Positions 17,672 to 27,892 are shown, counted from the first letter of the stretch. The stretch: DNA of 31,093 bases from a candidate division WOR-3 bacterium (GCA_965648935.1 CBFGIY010000023.1:1-31093), one strand, 5' to 3'. Notes: a model not told the origin generated them from the letters alone. A program made the numbers and translations.

Positions 17672-18939
17672 CCGGAAAACTCCTTTGCCAGCGCCGCGGT
17701 CTGGCGCTTGTACACCCCGAGCCCGGAAATCGCTGCGCCGAGGAAAGTCGCCAGCAGACCGGGCAGGAAACCGACGATGTAGCTGGTCGGAGCGATGCGC
17801 GCCCGCAGAACGTCGTCCATCACGATCGAAGCATTGCGCATCATCCCGCCGATGTCGATGCCGACCTCCTGCATCCAGTAGGAAAGGCCCAGCCCGACCG
17901 CGGTGCCTGCGGCCGAACCGGCCAGACCGACAAGCAGGGCCTCGGCCAGCAGCGTGCCGTAGACCGCGGACTTGGACTCGCCGAGGGCCAGCCGGATGCC
18001 GATCTCGCCATAGCGGCGCAGGCTGCCCATCAGCCCGGCATTCCACAGCACCACCGCCATCGCCGTCACGAAGACCGCGACGATGAGCGCCGAGGCGGCG
18101 CCGATGAGGTCGAGCATCGAACCCAGGCCGCTTGCGGTCCGCAGCGTACCCATCTGCGGCTCGAACTCATCGCCCCCGGCACGCCCGGCATTGAACTCCG
18201 CGGCGAGCGCGGCTGCGGCGCGGTCGTCATACCCGCCGCCCCGGAAAAAGCCCAGCACCTCGTCGGCCGCGTCGACCATGTCCAGCGCCTGCTGGATGTC
18301 ACGGATGTCGGCGACCAGCGCGCCCCGGTCGAGCGCGCTCACGCCGAACCGGACTGTCCCGGCCAGCGTCAGGTTGGCCACCGCCATCGAGCCGTTCATC
18401 GTCGACGATACCAGCGTGAGCCGGTCCCCCGGCTCGACACCGAGCCGCTGCGCGAAGTCCTCCGAGAGCAGCACCTCGCCCGGCGCAGAAGGCACCCGGC
18501 CGCGCGCCAGCGACCGCTCCAGCTTCAGTATCGAGCGTTCGGGGCTGCCCGGCGACAGGTCCACGGCCAGGCCCGCGCCCGGCGACTGCACGCGCGTGTT
18601 GCCGGACGAATCGGGCACGTCAATCAGCCCGCCGAACCGGATGCGCGGGGTCCACGCAATCTGCGGCCACTCGCGCTCGAGCGCGCCGATGAGCGCGCCG
18701 ACGTCAAGCAGCGCCAGCTCGTTCGACGCGCCGATGCCCTCCTCTGCCGCGGCCCGCGTCGTGACCCGCAGGTGCCCGCTGACAAAGCTGGCCGTCGTCC
18801 GGATGATGCTGTCCATCGCGCCGCGCATGTAGGCGTCCATCCAGACCGTCAGCGTCACGCCGATGGTCACGGTCAAGAGCGGAAAAAGGCTCCGGCTCCG
18901 GTCGCGCAGAAGCCCCTTGGCCAGAAAACCCAGCATCAC
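17668..18939 (-). CDS. MacB/FtsX-type ABC permease
   Basis: LLRDRSRS, N-terminal TM, periplasmic domain, RRYGEIGIRLALG, three C-terminal TMs. Confidence 0.85.
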   Translation of the reverse strand: MMLGFLAKGLLRDRSRSLFPLLTVTIGVTLTVWMDAYMRGAMDSIIRTTASFVSGHLRVTTRAAAEEGIGASNELALLDVGALIGALEREWPQIAWTPRIRFGGLIDVPDSSGNTRVQSPGAGLAVDLSPGSPERSILKLERSLARGRVPSAPGEVLLSEDFAQRLGVEPGDRLTLVSSTMNGSMAVANLTLAGTVRFGVSALDRGALVADIRDIQQALDMVDAADEVLGFFRGGGYDDRAAAALAAEFNAGRAGGDEFEPQMGTLRTASGLGSMLDLIGAASALIVAVFVTAMAVVLWNAGLMGSLRRYGEIGIRLALGESKSAVYGTLLAEALLVGLAGSAAGTAVGLGLSYWMQEVGIDIGGMMRNASIVMDDVLRARIAPTSYIVGFLPGLLATFLGAAISGLGVYKRQTAALAKEFSG

Positions 18940-18976
18940 TCGCCCCCTGCCCGTCGCCGGCGGATCGGCAATTCCT

Positions 18977-20146
18977 TCACGTCATCCTCCCTGCCAGCGC
19001 GTCGGTCGGTTTGAGCCGGGCTATCCTGCGCGTCGGCAGCCAGGCCACGAATGATGTGACGAGGAATACGAGCAGCGTCGTGCCCAGTATCAGACCGACG
19101 GTGAATGTCGGGTACAGCTTCTCGCCCAGCGCGAAGCCCCACGTGTCGCCGCCCGGGATGCTGAAGCCGTACTTGCCCAGATACCAGAACAGCGGTGCGC
19201 CGTAGGTGAGGCCGAGCCCCGCCGCGAAGACGCTGTGCAGCGCGCCCTCGAGCGTGAACAGCGCGATGACCTGCGCCTTGGTCATGCCCAGCGCGACGAG
19301 CATCCCGATCTCGCGCCGCCGCCGGAATACCGAAAGCACCTGCGTGTCGAATATCGCCAGCATCGCCAGCAGGAAGAGCACGAGGAACATCACCGACTGG
19401 CCGACTGTCTTGGACTGCACCATCGCCCGCAGGTCCGAAAGCAGGAACCCGGGTGCGCGAAAATTCCAGCCCTCGACCGCCGGCAGATTGCGCGCTCCCC
19501 GCGCCACGGTCACCAGCGTCGCCTCGTTCGGCATCCCGGCCAGCTCCTGCAGCCGCTCGAGCGGCACCCAGACCTGGCCGTTGTCCACCGTGCCGACGCT
19601 GGTGTTGAATATCCCGACGACCCGGCCGTCGCGCGCGTCGAATGCGCCGCGCGCGTCGCGCCACTGCACGGTCACCTCGTCCCCGACCTCCAGCCCGGCC
19701 GAGTGCGCCATCCGCGCCCCGAGCAGCACCGGCAGTTGCTCGTCCGGGGTCGCCAGCGCCGCGGTCGGCAGCGCAACAACCGACTGCCCGGGGTCGATGC
19801 CCTTGATCAGCACGGGTTTGATTCGCCCGTGCGGGTAGATGCTGCCCTGGATTGCCAGTATCGGCGCGGCCCGGCCCGCCCGGGCCAGCTCGGCCAGCGC
19901 GGGCGGCACCGGCGCGTGCGCCGACTCCAGAGTCAGCGGGTCGTAAGGGTCATAGCTTGAATGCCAGTACTGGCCGCCGGCAACCTCCCACGCGGTCGAG
20001 GCGTCCTCGGCCTGCCGGTTCGCGCCCTGCAACATACCCTGCCCGAAGATTATCGCCACGAACGCGAATGAGAGCGCCAGCGCGTTGAGCCAGGTCCTGA
20101 TGCCCGCCCCGCGCAGGTTGCGTAGCGCAAGCCGCAGCGTCATCAT
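18977..20146 (-). CDS. MacB/FtsX-type ABC permease
   Basis: LALRNL...RTWLN, RRRREIGMLVALGM, PTRRIARLKPTDAL. Confidence 0.85.
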   Translation of the reverse strand: MMTLRLALRNLRGAGIRTWLNALALSFAFVAIIFGQGMLQGANRQAEDASTAWEVAGGQYWHSSYDPYDPLTLESAHAPVPPALAELARAGRAAPILAIQGSIYPHGRIKPVLIKGIDPGQSVVALPTAALATPDEQLPVLLGARMAHSAGLEVGDEVTVQWRDARGAFDARDGRVVGIFNTSVGTVDNGQVWVPLERLQELAGMPNEATLVTVARGARNLPAVEGWNFRAPGFLLSDLRAMVQSKTVGQSVMFLVLFLLAMLAIFDTQVLSVFRRRREIGMLVALGMTKAQVIALFTLEGALHSVFAAGLGLTYGAPLFWYLGKYGFSIPGGDTWGFALGEKLYPTFTVGLILGTTLLVFLVTSFVAWLPTRRIARLKPTDALAGRMT

Positions 20147-20856
20147 CGCGCGCCCCCGACCGGTTCCTGTTCCCGGTCATCGGCCACCGCGCCATCGAAC
20201 AGCGTTATCCGGCGCCGCAGGTAGCGGATGACCTTCTCGTCGTGCGTGGAGAAGATGAAAGTCGTGCCCAGGTCGCGGTTCAGGCTGACCAGCGTCTGCA
20301 GAATCTTGTGCGAGTTCTCCGCGTCGAGATTGGCGGTGGGCTCGTCCGCGAGCACTATCTCCGGCCGCTTGACCACGGCGCGGGCAATCGCCACCCGCTG
20401 GCTTTCGCCGCCCGAGAGCTGGGTCGGCCGCGAGTCTGCCCGGTCGGCCAGCCCGACCCACTCCAGCGCGTCTTTCACCTTCCTGCGCCGCTCGGCGGGC
20501 GAAAGGCCCAGCAGAAGCAGCGGGAACTCGACGTTCTCATACGCGGTGTACACCGGCAGCAGGTTGAAAGTCTGGAAGATGAACCCGATGCGCCGGCTGC
20601 GCAGGGCCGCGGCCTGACGCGGCGAAAGCTTCTCCACGCGCTCGCCGAGCACGGTCGCGCTGCCCGAGGTCGGCACGTCCAGCGTCCCGATTATGTTGAG
20701 CAGCGTCGTCTTGCCCGAGCCCGACGGCCCGACCAGCCCGGCGAACTCGCCGCGCCGGAACTCAAGACTGACGTTCTTGAGCGCGTCCAGCGTGGTCCGA
20801 CCCATCGGGTAAGTCTTGACCAGGTTCTCGGTCCTGATGACAACGCCGTCTTCCAT
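20143..20856 (-). CDS. ABC transporter ATPase (LolD/MacB-like)
   Basis: Start [12 protein letters not shown] with RBS AAGGAG. Motifs [35 protein letters not shown]. Confidence 0.9.
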   Translation of the reverse strand: MEDGVVIRTENLVKTYPMGRTTLDALKNVSLEFRRGEFAGLVGPSGSGKTTLLNIIGTLDVPTSGSATVLGERVEKLSPRQAAALRSRRIGFIFQTFNLLPVYTAYENVEFPLLLLGLSPAERRRKVKDALEWVGLADRADSRPTQLSGGESQRVAIARAVVKRPEIVLADEPTANLDAENSHKILQTLVSLNRDLGTTFIFSTHDEKVIRYLRRRITLFDGAVADDREQEPVGGAR

Positions 20857-20917
20857 CGGGTGCTCCTTCTGCGCCGGCCGCGCGGGTGAGATGCTGCTGC
20901 GCCGGTCTGGCTCGGTA

Positions 20918-21003
20918 ATGATGCACCGGGCCGGCGCGGCTGTCAAACCGCCGGCCCGGCGGCCGCGCCCCGGTTTGACACGCGCCCGGTCCGCGGCTAG
21001 AAC
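20918..21003. promoter_or_regulatory. Back-to-back divergent sigma70 promoters
   Basis: Minus strand: TTGACA(20946-41)-N17-CATCAT with TG extension. Plus strand: TTGACA(20975-80)-N17-TAGAAC. Confidence 0.6.
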
Positions 21004-21013
21004 TCTCAAGACC

Positions 21014-21552
<539 letters not shown>

Positions 21553-21556
<4 letters not shown>

Positions 21557-22758
21557 CGCCCGCAGTCGACAGCGCGCTGCTCGACTGGACAATCGGCCTG
21601 CGCCGCTGGTTCCATCGACACCCCGAACCCGGCATGCAGGAGCACCAGACGCAGAAAAAGGTGATGGCGACGCTCGCCGAGCTCGGCATCGAGCACCGCC
21701 CGGCCGCCGGCACCGGGGTCATCGCCACGATTCCGGGCCGGGCCGAGCGCCCGATGATTGCCCTGCGCGCCGATATGGACGCCCTGCGCGTCACCGAGGC
21801 GCGCACCGAACTCAACCGCGATTACCGCTCGCAGAACGAAGGCGTGATGCACGCTTGCGGCCACGACGCGCACATGGCGATGCTGCTCGGCGCGGCCCGC
21901 TGGCTTCAGCAGCATCGCGCCGGGCTGCCCGGCTCGGTGCGCCTGCTCTTTCAGCCGTCCGAAGAGGACCCGCCCGGCGGCGCGGTCGGCATCATCGCCG
22001 AGGGCGGTCTTGACGGCGTTGACGCCGTGCTCGGCCTGCACGTCCTGGGAACGGCGCCGGCCGGCGAACTGCGCTTCCGGCCGGGCCCGTTCATGGCCCA
22101 CACCCGGCGCTTCGATCTGCGCATCACCGGCAAGGCCGGGCATCACATGTGCCCGCAGGACAACATCGACCCGCTCGCGCTCGCCGCGCGGTTCGTCACG
22201 CTCATCCAGTCCGACATCCGCGCCGCGCTGCCGCCCGACGAGAGTTACGTGCTCGGGTTCGGCTCGGTCAACGGCGGCTCCCAGTTCAACCAGACGCCCG
22301 CGACCTGTGCCTTGACCGGCAGCTACCGCGCATTCAGCAAGGACGCCGCTGATCGGATCGAGACGGCAATGCGCCGCCTGCTTGCCGGTCTTGCCGAGGA
22401 GTTCCGCCTCGATGGTGATCCCGGGCTGCCGCGCTGTGACCTCGAGGTGGAACTCGGTTACCCGGTGCTGGTCAACGACCCGGCGTTCACGGCCAGGGCC
22501 GCCGCGGTGCTGCGGGCGCGCTTCCCGGGTGTGGTCGACAACTGGCGGCCCAACCTCGGCGGTGAGGACTTCGCCTGCTACCTCGAACGCGTGCCCGGCC
22601 TGTTCGCATTCCTCGGCTGCGCCGACCCGGCGCGCGGCATCGTCCACGTCAACCACTCCGAGATGTTCGACATCAGCGAACCGGCGCTCGGCATCGGCAT
22701 CGAGTACTTCCTCGCGCTCGCGCTCGACTTTCTTGCCGACCCGGCCGCGTACCGTTGA
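21553..22758 (+). CDS. M20D family amidohydrolase
   Basis: GTG start overlaps the macrodomain stop. Motifs H.HPE...[33 protein letters not shown]. Confidence 0.9.
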
Positions 22759-22782
22759 CAACAGCCCCCGCCCGGCTATAAC
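22755..22782 (+). promoter_or_regulatory. Sigma70-type promoter
   Basis: TTGACA (containing the M20 stop codon)-N16-TATAAC. Confidence 0.6.
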
Positions 22783-22819
22783 TAGCGCCGATGTTTCCTG
22801 ACTCCAGTGAGGACTGCTG

Positions 22820-23455
22820 ATGCCGTTCTGCCCGGCCTGCGGCGCGGCCAACCCGGCCGAAGCCAAGTACTGCAAGGACTGCCACACCCGACTTGAGTCC
22901 TTTGCCCGGGCCCGCGAGACCTGGGAGCCGGAGCAGGACATCCCCCAGCCGCGCATGACCCAGGTGCCTGACGCCGGTGCCGGCATCAAGGCGATCGGCA
23001 TCAGCACCGCCAGCCTCATTCTCGGCCTGCTCGGCACCGGCCCGGTTGCGGCGGTTGTCGGCTGGCTCGCCCTGCGCCGGCGCGCGGCCAACCGCGGTCA
23101 GGCCATCGCCGGCGCGGTCCTTGGAATCGCCGGCACCCTGGTGATGGTCATCGTCATCATACTGCGCCTGACCGCCGGCGACCCGCTGCGCCGCCCGCTC
23201 ACGCCGGAGACGGTGCCGGCCTTCGTTGAGGGAATCACGGCCCGCGCCGAGGAAGTCGAAGCCCGCGCCGACGAACTGCGCGACCGGCTCGGGCCGGGCG
23301 GCGAGGGCGAACTTGCCGATGCTTACAGCGCGCTGCGGACGCTGGATGAACTGGTCGAGGAACTCGATTCGACTCCGCCCGAGATGCTCGATACGATCCG
23401 CGACTACATTTTCGAAGAGCTCGACCGGGCCCGCTCCGCACTCGGCAACCACTGA
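22820..23455 (+). CDS. Zinc-ribbon + DUF4190-like membrane protein
   Basis: FCPACG..N...AKYCKDC, SLILGLL...A.VVG..AL......RGQAIAG.VLG, acidic helical C-terminus, RBS GAGGA. Confidence 0.7.
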   Translation: MPFCPACGAANPAEAKYCKDCHTRLESFARARETWEPEQDIPQPRMTQVPDAGAGIKAIGISTASLILGLLGTGPVAAVVGWLALRRRAANRGQAIAGAVLGIAGTLVMVIVIILRLTAGDPLRRPLTPETVPAFVEGITARAEEVEARADELRDRLGPGGEGELADAYSALRTLDELVEELDSTPPEMLDTIRDYIFEELDRARSALGNH

Positions 23456-23570
23456 ACGGCCGGGCAGGCGCTTCGACCCCGCCCGCGCCGCCGCCGCAAT
23501 CCCGGCCCGACCGCCGCGCGCGCCCATCCCGCCGCGACACCCACCGCCGACCCGTCAGTTCGCCTTCCGC

Positions 23571-23613
23571 TTGACACCGGACATCCATTTCTATATTTTT
23601 AGAAATATGGATG
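23571..23613 (+). promoter_or_regulatory. ars operon promoter with overlapping ArsR operator
   Basis: TTGACA-N17-TATTTT. Inverted repeat ATTTCTA-N6-TAGAAAT (23587-23606) with outer CATCC/GGATG arms spans the -10 and the start codon. Confidence 0.7.
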
Positions 23614-23981
23614 AACGTAACCGGAGACTGACGACCGCACTGCTGGCCGCCCTGGGCAGCGAGTACCGTCTGCGCATGGTCGAGCTTCTTGCCGAGGGAG
23701 AGCGCTGCGTCTGCGAGATCACCCCCTACTTTCCGACCGCGTTCTCGGTCGTGTCTCATCATCTCTCGGTTCTTGAGCAGGCCGGGGTCGTCGCTTCACG
23801 CCGCGACGGTCGCTGGATGCGCTACCGGCTTACCGACCCATCAATCCTCGAACTGACCGAACACGCCCGGCGTCTTGCCGCCAGCCACAAGTCCGACCGT
23901 TGCACCGCGCGCCGACCCAAGGCATCTGTCCGCACCTGCTGCACCCGGGCGGAGACAACAAGGAGAAGCAATGCCCACTAG
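23607..23981 (+). CDS. arsR: ArsR/SmtB family repressor
   Basis: R.R.VELL..GERCVCEI, SVVSHHLSVL..AGVV...RDGRW..YRL, C-terminal C...TCC. Confidence 0.88.
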   Translation: MDERNRRLTTALLAALGSEYRLRMVELLAEGERCVCEITPYFPTAFSVVSHHLSVLEQAGVVASRRDGRWMRYRLTDPSILELTEHARRLAASHKSDRCTARRPKASVRTCCTRAETTRRSNAH

Positions 23982-24807
23982 TGACGACGGTATTCGCAGA
24001 ACGGTACGCGACGCCTACGGCGCGGTCGCGCGCGGCGGCGGCTCGTGCTGCGGCTCGGGCAGCTCCTGCTGCGGCAGTTCGACTGCGGAACAGACGAGCC
24101 GCACCGTCGGTTACACCGACGCCGACCTGGCATCGGTCCCGGACGGCGCCAACCTCGGGCTCGGTTGCGGCAATCCGGTCGCGCTGGCAGGCCTCAAGGC
24201 CGGCGAGACAGTGCTCGACCTCGGCTCCGGCGCCGGCTTCGACTGCTTCCTTGCTGCTCACAGGGTCGGCCCATCCGGCCGGGTCATCGGCGTGGATATG
24301 ACACCGGAGATGGTCGAAAAGGCGCGCGAGAACGCCCGCAGGAGCGCCTGCGCCAACGTCGAATTCCGGCTGGGTGAAATCGAACACCTGCCCGTGGCCG
24401 ACTCGTCGGTCGACTGCGTCATCTCCAACTGCGTCATCAACCTGTCACCGGATAAGCTGCAGGTGTTCCGCGAGGCATTCCGCGTACTGCGCCCCGGCGG
24501 CCGGCTGATGGTATCCGACATCGTGCTCGCCGCACTGCTGCCCAGAGCGATACTGGAGTCTGCCGCCGCCTATGTCGGCTGCATATCCGGCGCGAGCCTC
24601 CGGACCGATTACCTCGCGTGCATCGCCACCGCGGGGTTCCAGGACGTGCAGGTGGTCGCCGAGGAACGCTTCCCGGTCGAGGCCGCGGCCAGCGACCCGA
24701 CGCTGCAGGCCCTGGTCCGCGAATCCGGCCTGCCGTCCGATGAACTGACCCGGCTGGCCGGGGAAATCCGCAGCATCAAGGTCACCGCAACCAAGCCAAA
24801 GGAGTAG
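23971..24807 (+). CDS. arsM: Arsenite S-adenosylmethionine methyltransferase
   Basis: RBS AGGAG. N-terminal SCCG..SCCG, NLGLGCGNP, VLDLGSGAGFD, GVDMTPEM, ISNCVINL, VGCISGA. Confidence 0.92.
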   Translation: MPTSDDGIRRTVRDAYGAVARGGGSCCGSGSSCCGSSTAEQTSRTVGYTDADLASVPDGANLGLGCGNPVALAGLKAGETVLDLGSGAGFDCFLAAHRVGPSGRVIGVDMTPEMVEKARENARRSACANVEFRLGEIEHLPVADSSVDCVISNCVINLSPDKLQVFREAFRVLRPGGRLMVSDIVLAALLPRAILESAAAYVGCISGASLRTDYLACIATAGFQDVQVVAEERFPVEAAASDPTLQALVRESGLPSDELTRLAGEIRSIKVTATKPKE

Positions 24808-24813
24808 CAGCCG

Positions 24814-25515
24814 ATGCTCGCCAACCTCCTCGCCAATGTTGAAAGACTCATAACGACCCAGCCGTTGCTCGCGGTACCCGTCGTCTTCCTCGGCGGCCTG
24901 GTCACCGCGCTCAACCCCTGCGTGCTGGCCTCGATACCGCTGGCCATCGGCTTTGTCGGCGGCTACGCCAAGGGCCGGAGCAAGGGCTACGCGTTCCTGC
25001 TCGCGCTGTTCCTGTTTATCGGCATTGCCGCCGCGTTCACCGCGCTGGGAATGGTCGCCAGCCTCGCCGGTACGCTCTTCGGCACGACTTCGAAGTTCTG
25101 GCCCGTCCTTATCATCATCGTCTGTGTCGTGATGGGCGGACAGATACTCTTCTTCCCGAACTTCGAGCTGCCGCTGCCCCGCGGCATCACGCCCAAGGCA
25201 GGCGGTGTTGTGGGTGCTTTTCTGCTCGGCGCTCTCACCGGTGTCATCGCGACGCCCTGCGCGATGCCGATACTCGCGGTCATCCTGTCGTATGTCGCGT
25301 CCAGGGGCAACGTGCTCTACGGTGGGCTGCTGCTGTTCACCTACGCGCTCGGCCACTCGGTGCTGGTACTGGTTGCCGGCAGCTCGATGGGCATCGCCGA
25401 GGCGTTGGTGAACTCCAGGGGCCTGAAGAAGGTTTCGACCGTTCTCAAGAAAGCCTCGGGCGTGCTGCTGCTGCTCGTGGCCGCCTGGTTTGTCTACGAA
25501 CTTGTCAAGCGTTGA
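24814..25515 (+). CDS. CcdA/DsbD-TM family transmembrane electron transporter
   Basis: About six TMs with the two PC motifs (LNPCVL..IP and ATPCAMPIL), plus YALG. Confidence 0.85.
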   Translation: MLANLLANVERLITTQPLLAVPVVFLGGLVTALNPCVLASIPLAIGFVGGYAKGRSKGYAFLLALFLFIGIAAAFTALGMVASLAGTLFGTTSKFWPVLIIIVCVVMGGQILFFPNFELPLPRGITPKAGGVVGAFLLGALTGVIATPCAMPILAVILSYVASRGNVLYGGLLLFTYALGHSVLVLVAGSSMGIAEALVNSRGLKKVSTVLKKASGVLLLLVAAWFVYELVKR

Positions 25516-25530
25516 GCTAAGGAGAAGCTG

Positions 25531-26061
25531 ATGACTCACCGACACCTGATACTTGTTATGACGACGCTGGCCATGCTGCTTGCAGCGCCGGGCTGCGGCG
25601 GCACCAGGGACTCAGCCGCGACCGCCAACCCGCCGGCCGAAACCTCTCTCGCCGCGCAGGACGAGATCTGCGAAACCCTGCCGCCGGCCGACTCGGCCGT
25701 CGCCCCGGCGGCGGACACGGTGCGGCACAGGTCCGAACCGAAGACTGAGCCCAAGGTCGAGCCGCAGCCGCCGCCCAAGCCCAAGGCTCTGCCGCGGATG
25801 TGGGACTACGGCTCGGACAACTGCCTGCCCTGCAAGGAAATGGAAACCATCCTCAACCCGATGATGCAGGAATACGCCGGCAAGGTCGACATCCGCATCA
25901 TCAACGTGTACCGGGACCGCGAACAGACCCAGCAGGCCCGCATCCAGGTCATCCCGACGCAGATCTTCTACGACCCGGACGGCAAGGAGCTCTACCGCCA
26001 CATCGGCGTGTACCCGCGCGACTCCATCGTCGCGAAGTTCCGGGAGTTCGGCTGGGAGTAA
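25531..26061 (+). CDS. Thioredoxin-family lipoprotein
   Basis: Signal peptide ending LAAPG-C, Pro/Ala-rich linker, DYGSDNCLPC, cis-Pro loop IPTQIFYD..GKE..RH.G. Confidence 0.85.
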   Translation: MTHRHLILVMTTLAMLLAAPGCGGTRDSAATANPPAETSLAAQDEICETLPPADSAVAPAADTVRHRSEPKTEPKVEPQPPPKPKALPRMWDYGSDNCLPCKEMETILNPMMQEYAGKVDIRIINVYRDREQTQQARIQVIPTQIFYDPDGKELYRHIGVYPRDSIVAKFREFGWE

Positions 26062-26064
26062 GCG

Positions 26065-27234
26065 ATGAAGGAACGCTGGAAACTGGCCCTGATTCTCGCC
26101 GCATTCCTCCTGTTCTTCTTCCTGCCGGTCGAGACGGCGCGCGTGCAGGGAGCGCTCATCGAGGGTTTCCTGATGCTGCAGGACTACGCCCGACTCCACG
26201 TCCTGCTCTGCCTCGTGCCCGCCTTCTTCATCGCCGGCGCCATCCAGAACTTCATCTCCAAGGAAGCCGTTCTCAAGTACTTCGGCCCGAAATCCAACAA
26301 GGTCCTGGCCTACTCAATCGCCTCGGTCTCCGGCGCGATTCTCGCGGTCTGCTCCTGCACGGTCCTGCCGATGTTCATGGGCATCTACTACGCCGGGGCC
26401 GGCCTCGGCGTCGCTTCGACATTCCTCTACTCGGGACCGGCCATAAACGTGCTGGCGATACTGATGACCGGCCGCGTGCTCGGTCTCGAACTGGGCGCGG
26501 CCCGGGCAATCGGCGCGGTCATCTTCTCGGTTGTCATCGGGCTGGGAATGGCCCTGGTCTTCTCCCGGGCTGAACGGCAGCGGGCCGAGGGCGCGGGCAT
26601 CGCCGGCCTCTCGGCCGAAGCGAGTCGCCGCAACCTCGGCCAGAACGTTCTCTACTTCGCCGCGATGATTGCCTTTCTTGTCTTCGCGAACTGGGGCAAG
26701 CCCAGAGAGCCAATCGGCTTCTTCAACGCGGTCTTCTCGGTCAAGTGGTACCTCGCCGGCGCCTTCCTGCTCGCCACACTGCTGATGGTCTGGCGCTGGT
26801 TCAACTCCGAAGAGCGCAGGGCTTGGATTCAGTCCACGTGGAGCTTCGCCAAGCAGATACTGCCTCTGCTGCTGGGCGGAGTGTTTGTCGCCGGCTTTCT
26901 TCTGGGCCGGCCCGGCCTCAACGCCGGCGTCATCCCGGACGGCATCATAGCCGGCCTTGTTGGCGGCAACTCGCTTGCCGCCAACCTCTTCGCCTCGGTC
27001 TCGGGTGCGCTGATGTACTTCGCCACGCTGACCGAGATTCCGATACTGCAGGGCCTGCTCGGCTCGGGTATGGGCAAAGGCCCGGCGCTCGCGCTGCTGC
27101 TGTCCGGCCCGGCCCTGTCCCTGCCTTCGATGATCGTCATCACCCGCACCATCGGCCCGAAGCGGGCCTTTACCTTCATCCTGCTCGTGGTTATCCTCTC
27201 AACCATCGCCGGTCTGGTGTATGGCGCAATCTGA
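26065..27234 (+). CDS. ArsP/DUF318 family permease (long form)
   Basis: CLVPAFFIAGAI, LAVCSCTVLP, FLYSGPAIN, YFATLTEIP, GPALSLPSM. Confidence 0.85.
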   Translation: MKERWKLALILAAFLLFFFLPVETARVQGALIEGFLMLQDYARLHVLLCLVPAFFIAGAIQNFISKEAVLKYFGPKSNKVLAYSIASVSGAILAVCSCTVLPMFMGIYYAGAGLGVASTFLYSGPAINVLAILMTGRVLGLELGAARAIGAVIFSVVIGLGMALVFSRAERQRAEGAGIAGLSAEASRRNLGQNVLYFAAMIAFLVFANWGKPREPIGFFNAVFSVKWYLAGAFLLATLLMVWRWFNSEERRAWIQSTWSFAKQILPLLLGGVFVAGFLLGRPGLNAGVIPDGIIAGLVGGNSLAANLFASVSGALMYFATLTEIPILQGLLGSGMGKGPALALLLSGPALSLPSMIVITRTIGPKRAFTFILLVVILSTIAGLVYGAI

Positions 27235-27251
27235 CAGCAAGGAGTGACAGA

Positions 27252-27491
27252 ATGAAAATCCAGGTACTCGGAATCGGTTGTGCTCGCTGCCAGGAACTGG
27301 AACAGCGGGTCCGCGACACGCTCGCGGAGATGAACATTGCCGCCAATGTCGAGCACATCACTGACCTCAAGCGGTTCGCCGCGATGGGCGTCTTCATGAC
27401 ACCCGGGCTCGTCGTTGACGGCAAGGTCGTCTCGCAGGGCAAGGTGCCGTCCAAAGACGAGTTGAAGAGACTGCTGGGCGGGGAGAAGTAG
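27252..27491 (+). CDS. Small redox-active disulfide protein (MTH895-like thioredoxin fold)
   Basis: RBS AAGGAG, MKIQVLGIGCARC, GVFMTPGLVVDG.V...GKVP. Confidence 0.88.
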   Translation: MKIQVLGIGCARCQELEQRVRDTLAEMNIAANVEHITDLKRFAAMGVFMTPGLVVDGKVVSQGKVPSKDELKRLLGGEK

Positions 27492-27493
27492 CC

Positions 27494-27892
27494 TTGGCCG
27501 GCTGCTGTTCCCCGAGCGAACCGACCTGCGCCTGCGGTTCAAAGGACGTCCTGCTGCTTGCCTGCTCGGGCGGGTCCAATGTCGGCCAGATTGCCAACGA
27601 CGCGGCCAAGGCACTCGACGGCTACGGCCAAGGCTCAATGTACTGCGCAATCGGCGTCGGCGCACAACTGCCGGGCTTCGTCAAAGGCGTTAGCGAGAAG
27701 CCCTGCGTCGCGATTGACGGCTGCCCGGTTGCCTGCGTCCGCAAGAGTCTGGAGAACATCGGCGTGAAGCCAGCCGTCCACATCGTCGTCACCGAACTCG
27801 GCATCAAGAAGCACGGCCAGTTCGACCACACCAACGACGACGTTGCCAAGGTCGTCGGCGCGGTCGTGGACGCGCTGGCGCAGAGGCCATGA
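27494..27892 (+). CDS. DGC-domain putative zinc-binding protein
   Basis: ACSGGSNVGQ, YC, AIDGCPVAC, N-terminal CC/CAC. TTG start. Confidence 0.85.
   Translation: MAGCCSPSEPTCACGSKDVLLLACSGGSNVGQIANDAAKALDGYGQGSMYCAIGVGAQLPGFVKGVSEKPCVAIDGCPVACVRKSLENIGVKPAVHIVVTELGIKKHGQFDHTNDDVAKVVGAVVDALAQRP

Noticed and set aside
17739..17752. RNase P RNA-like GAGGAAAGTC
   Set aside because: It lies inside a permease CDS on the opposite strand, and the other RNase P motifs are absent.
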